In this document: positions 62,003 through 64,000 of the stretch, piece after piece | Numbering within the stretch: the stretch's first letter is position 1 | Layout of the letters: every line of letters starts with the position of its first letter | Made by a program: the position numbers and the translations under genes | Notes under the pieces: model-generated | Seen by the model: only the letters and a program-made list of their open reading frames with translations | Told to the model about the DNA's origin: nothing | Database searches by the model: none | Assembly: GCF_004010195.1 (NCBI RefSeq) | Contig: NC_057758.1 | Location: 463,598 to 527,597, forward strand | DNA: 64,000 bases | Source: Chiloscyllium plagiosum | Lineage: Eukaryota | Reading direction: 5' to 3'

Positions 62003-62042
62003 CCACTGATGATGTTACCCAGCCAGGTAATGAAACGTCTGG
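62003..62042 (+). ncRNA. Minimal type-I hammerhead ribozyme motif, intact
   Basis: CCA CUGAUGA U GUUACC-CAGCCA-GGUAAU GAAA CG UC^UGG; stems I and II pair. Confidence 0.8.
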
Positions 62043-62329
62043 ATATCAAACCTACAGCTCAGCGAGCAAACCTGAACAGAGCAACTTTGATAAATGGGTG
62101 TAGCCTTTAAAATTAGATAAGACGAATGATGCTTTAAATTAGATTATTCTGCTGTAGGTGTTTAAAATCTCACTTCCAGAGATAATTAGAATTCATATGG
62201 ATGATCAGAAAGTCCATGGAGAGTGGCAGAAATGGCAGAAGGATATGCATTGTTGCATAAGTTAAAAATTAGCTTTCAATCAGAATTTCATCCTGTGATA
62301 GGATAGAAATAACGGTAGCAGAACGAACT

Positions 62330-64000
62330 TTTAACGAGGATTCATCTACTGAGATGGCATGGGCTGAGGTTGTAAACAGCAGAGGAGAGGTCACACTGCT
62401 TGGATTTTCTATAGGCCTCCGCAAAGTTCTAGGGTTGTGAAGATTATTGGCAAAGCATTTCTGGGCAGGAGTGAAAGGAACAGGGTGGTCATTATGGGGA
62501 ACATTAACTCCTCCAGCATTGACTAGAAATGCTATGATTCTCGTACGTCGGATGGATCAGATTTTTTCGAATATGAATAGGAGGATTTTCTGGCACAGTA
62601 TGTCGAAGGGCCGACAAGAGGGGAGGCCACACTGGATCTGGCACTTGGTAACAAACCAGACCAGGTGTTTGTTTTAGTAGTAGGTGAGCACTTTGGAGAG
62701 AGTGTTACTAATTCGGTTGTGATTAGTTTAGCGATGGAAAGGGATAGTTAGAGGCCACAGGATAAGAATTATAGATGGGGGAAGGGCACTTACAGTGCGA
62801 TTAGGCAATGCTTAGGAGGCATAGATTGCGGTAGCAAAATGCGGAGGATGTGGACAATCGAAATGTGGAGCTGGTTTAAGGAGCAGATATTGCGTGTCGT
62901 TGATTGGTATGTGCCTTTCAAGTAGGGAGGAAGTGATAAGAAAAGGGAACCGTGGTATACTAAAGGAATTGCAACTCTTTCTAAGCGGAAGAGGAAGGCT
63001 TATGTGGCATTCAAAGGTGATGGTTCAGGTGAGGCGATGGAGAGTTAAAGATTAGCAAGGAAGGATTTAAGGCGAGAGTTAAGAAGAGCAAGGAAGGGAC
63101 ATGAGCAATCTTTAGCAGGTAGAATGAAGGAGAAGCCTACAACTTTCGATAAGTATGTGAGGAATAAAAGATGTCTCCGGTAGGAATAGAGCCAATCAAA
63201 GGCAGAAGTGGGAAGTTGTGTGTGGATCATGTTGATATCGGCGTGTTGCTGAACGAATATTTCTCATCTGTTTTCACTCAGGAAAAGGAGAATATTATTG
63301 AAGAGAAGACTGAGATGCGGGTTGTTATACTAGAAAGTATTAAGGTTAGTAAGAAGATCATGTTATCATTTCTCGAAGGTTTGAAAGTAGATAAGTCCTC
63401 TTTGCTGGATGAGTTTTATTCGAGGATTCTCTGGGAAGCTAGGAAGGAGATTGCAGAACCATTGTCCTTTACGCTTGAGTCGTCATTGTCTACAGGTTTA
63501 GTACCAGAGGACTAGAGGATTGCAGATGTTGTGGCACTGTTCAGCAAGTGCAGTAGAGATGACCCAGGTAATTACACACGAATGAGCCTTATGTCTATTA
63601 TAGGAAAATATTTGGACATGAACAGTCTTTTGCAGGTAGAAGAAAGGAGAACCCGAAAGCCTTCTCTCGGTATGTGAGGAATAAAAGGATGAGTAGAGTT
63701 GCAATAGTGCCAGTCAAAGGCAGAATGGGAAGTTCCACGTGGACCCTGTGGGGATGGGAGACTTGCTAAACGAATATTTCTCATCTGTTTTCATTCAGCA
63801 AAAGGAGAATATCGTAGAGGGGAAGAGTGAGACACGGGATATTAGAGGATTATCTGTGATGCTAGGGAGGAGATGGTGGAGCGTTTGTCCTTGACCTTTG
63901 AGTCGTCGTTGTCTGCAGGTTTTGGAATCAGAGTATTGTCGGATTGCAAATGTTGTGTCCTTTTTCCAGAAGGGCAGTAGACATGACCTAGGTAATCACA
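62330..64000 (+). mobile_element. Decayed CR1 ORF2 fragment with internal tandem duplication, running off the window
   Basis: LLNEYFSSVFTQEKE..VDKS..RILWEARKEIAEPL; 63112-63575 repeated at 63630-63997. Confidence 0.85.

Larger units (their letters stand above)
59248..62074 (-). mobile_element. Long Poseidon/Penelope-type PLE (RT plus GIY-YIG) with inverted pLTR copy at its 5' end
   Basis: IYGLPKIHKP..LRPIVS, MISFDVTALFTSI, WVRYVDDTF, VYRKPT, IPCKDCHKQYVG; 59291-59405 inverted at 61959-62073; AACAGAGCAA TSD. Confidence 0.93.
57690..62320 (+). mobile_element. Gypsy-type LTR retrotransposon remnant: LTR ending TAACA (58305), tRNA-Pro PBS, gag (58510-59247 and 62075-62320) split by a PLE
   Basis: PBS 58309-58326 matches TGGGGGCTCGTCCGGGAT at 14/18; gag-like ALKIAKEVLG..LLELA, VEAFFISFEK..EWP..W; IILL..FKISLPEIIRIH after the insertion; LTR start uncertain. 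Confidence 0.7.

Overview
Eukaryotic genomic DNA, almost certainly from a shark or other elasmobranch (inferred from HE1/V-SINE-type tRNA SINEs with (TCTAA)n tails and shark-type CR1 LINEs). I see no intact protein-coding gene. Most of the window is transposon debris: many CR1 LINEs (three long copies), seven HE1-like SINEs (all on the minus strand), several Penelope-like elements (PLEs, both Poseidon/Penelope-type and Neptune-type) and a Gypsy-type LTR/gag remnant. Between the repeats lies a co-oriented minus-strand array of dead rhodopsin-class GPCR genes resembling the GPR139/GPR142-like receptors expanded in cartilaginous fishes: four clear pseudogenes plus two fainter ghosts. Two copies keep a two-exon structure with a phase-1 intron and share an upstream motif pair. 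The PLE termini carry about a dozen minimal type-I hammerhead ribozyme motifs, several with intact cores, in inverted, palindromic and solo arrangements with recognisable target-site duplications (TSDs). All family assignments come from motif recognition by eye, and the boundaries of decayed repeats are approximate.
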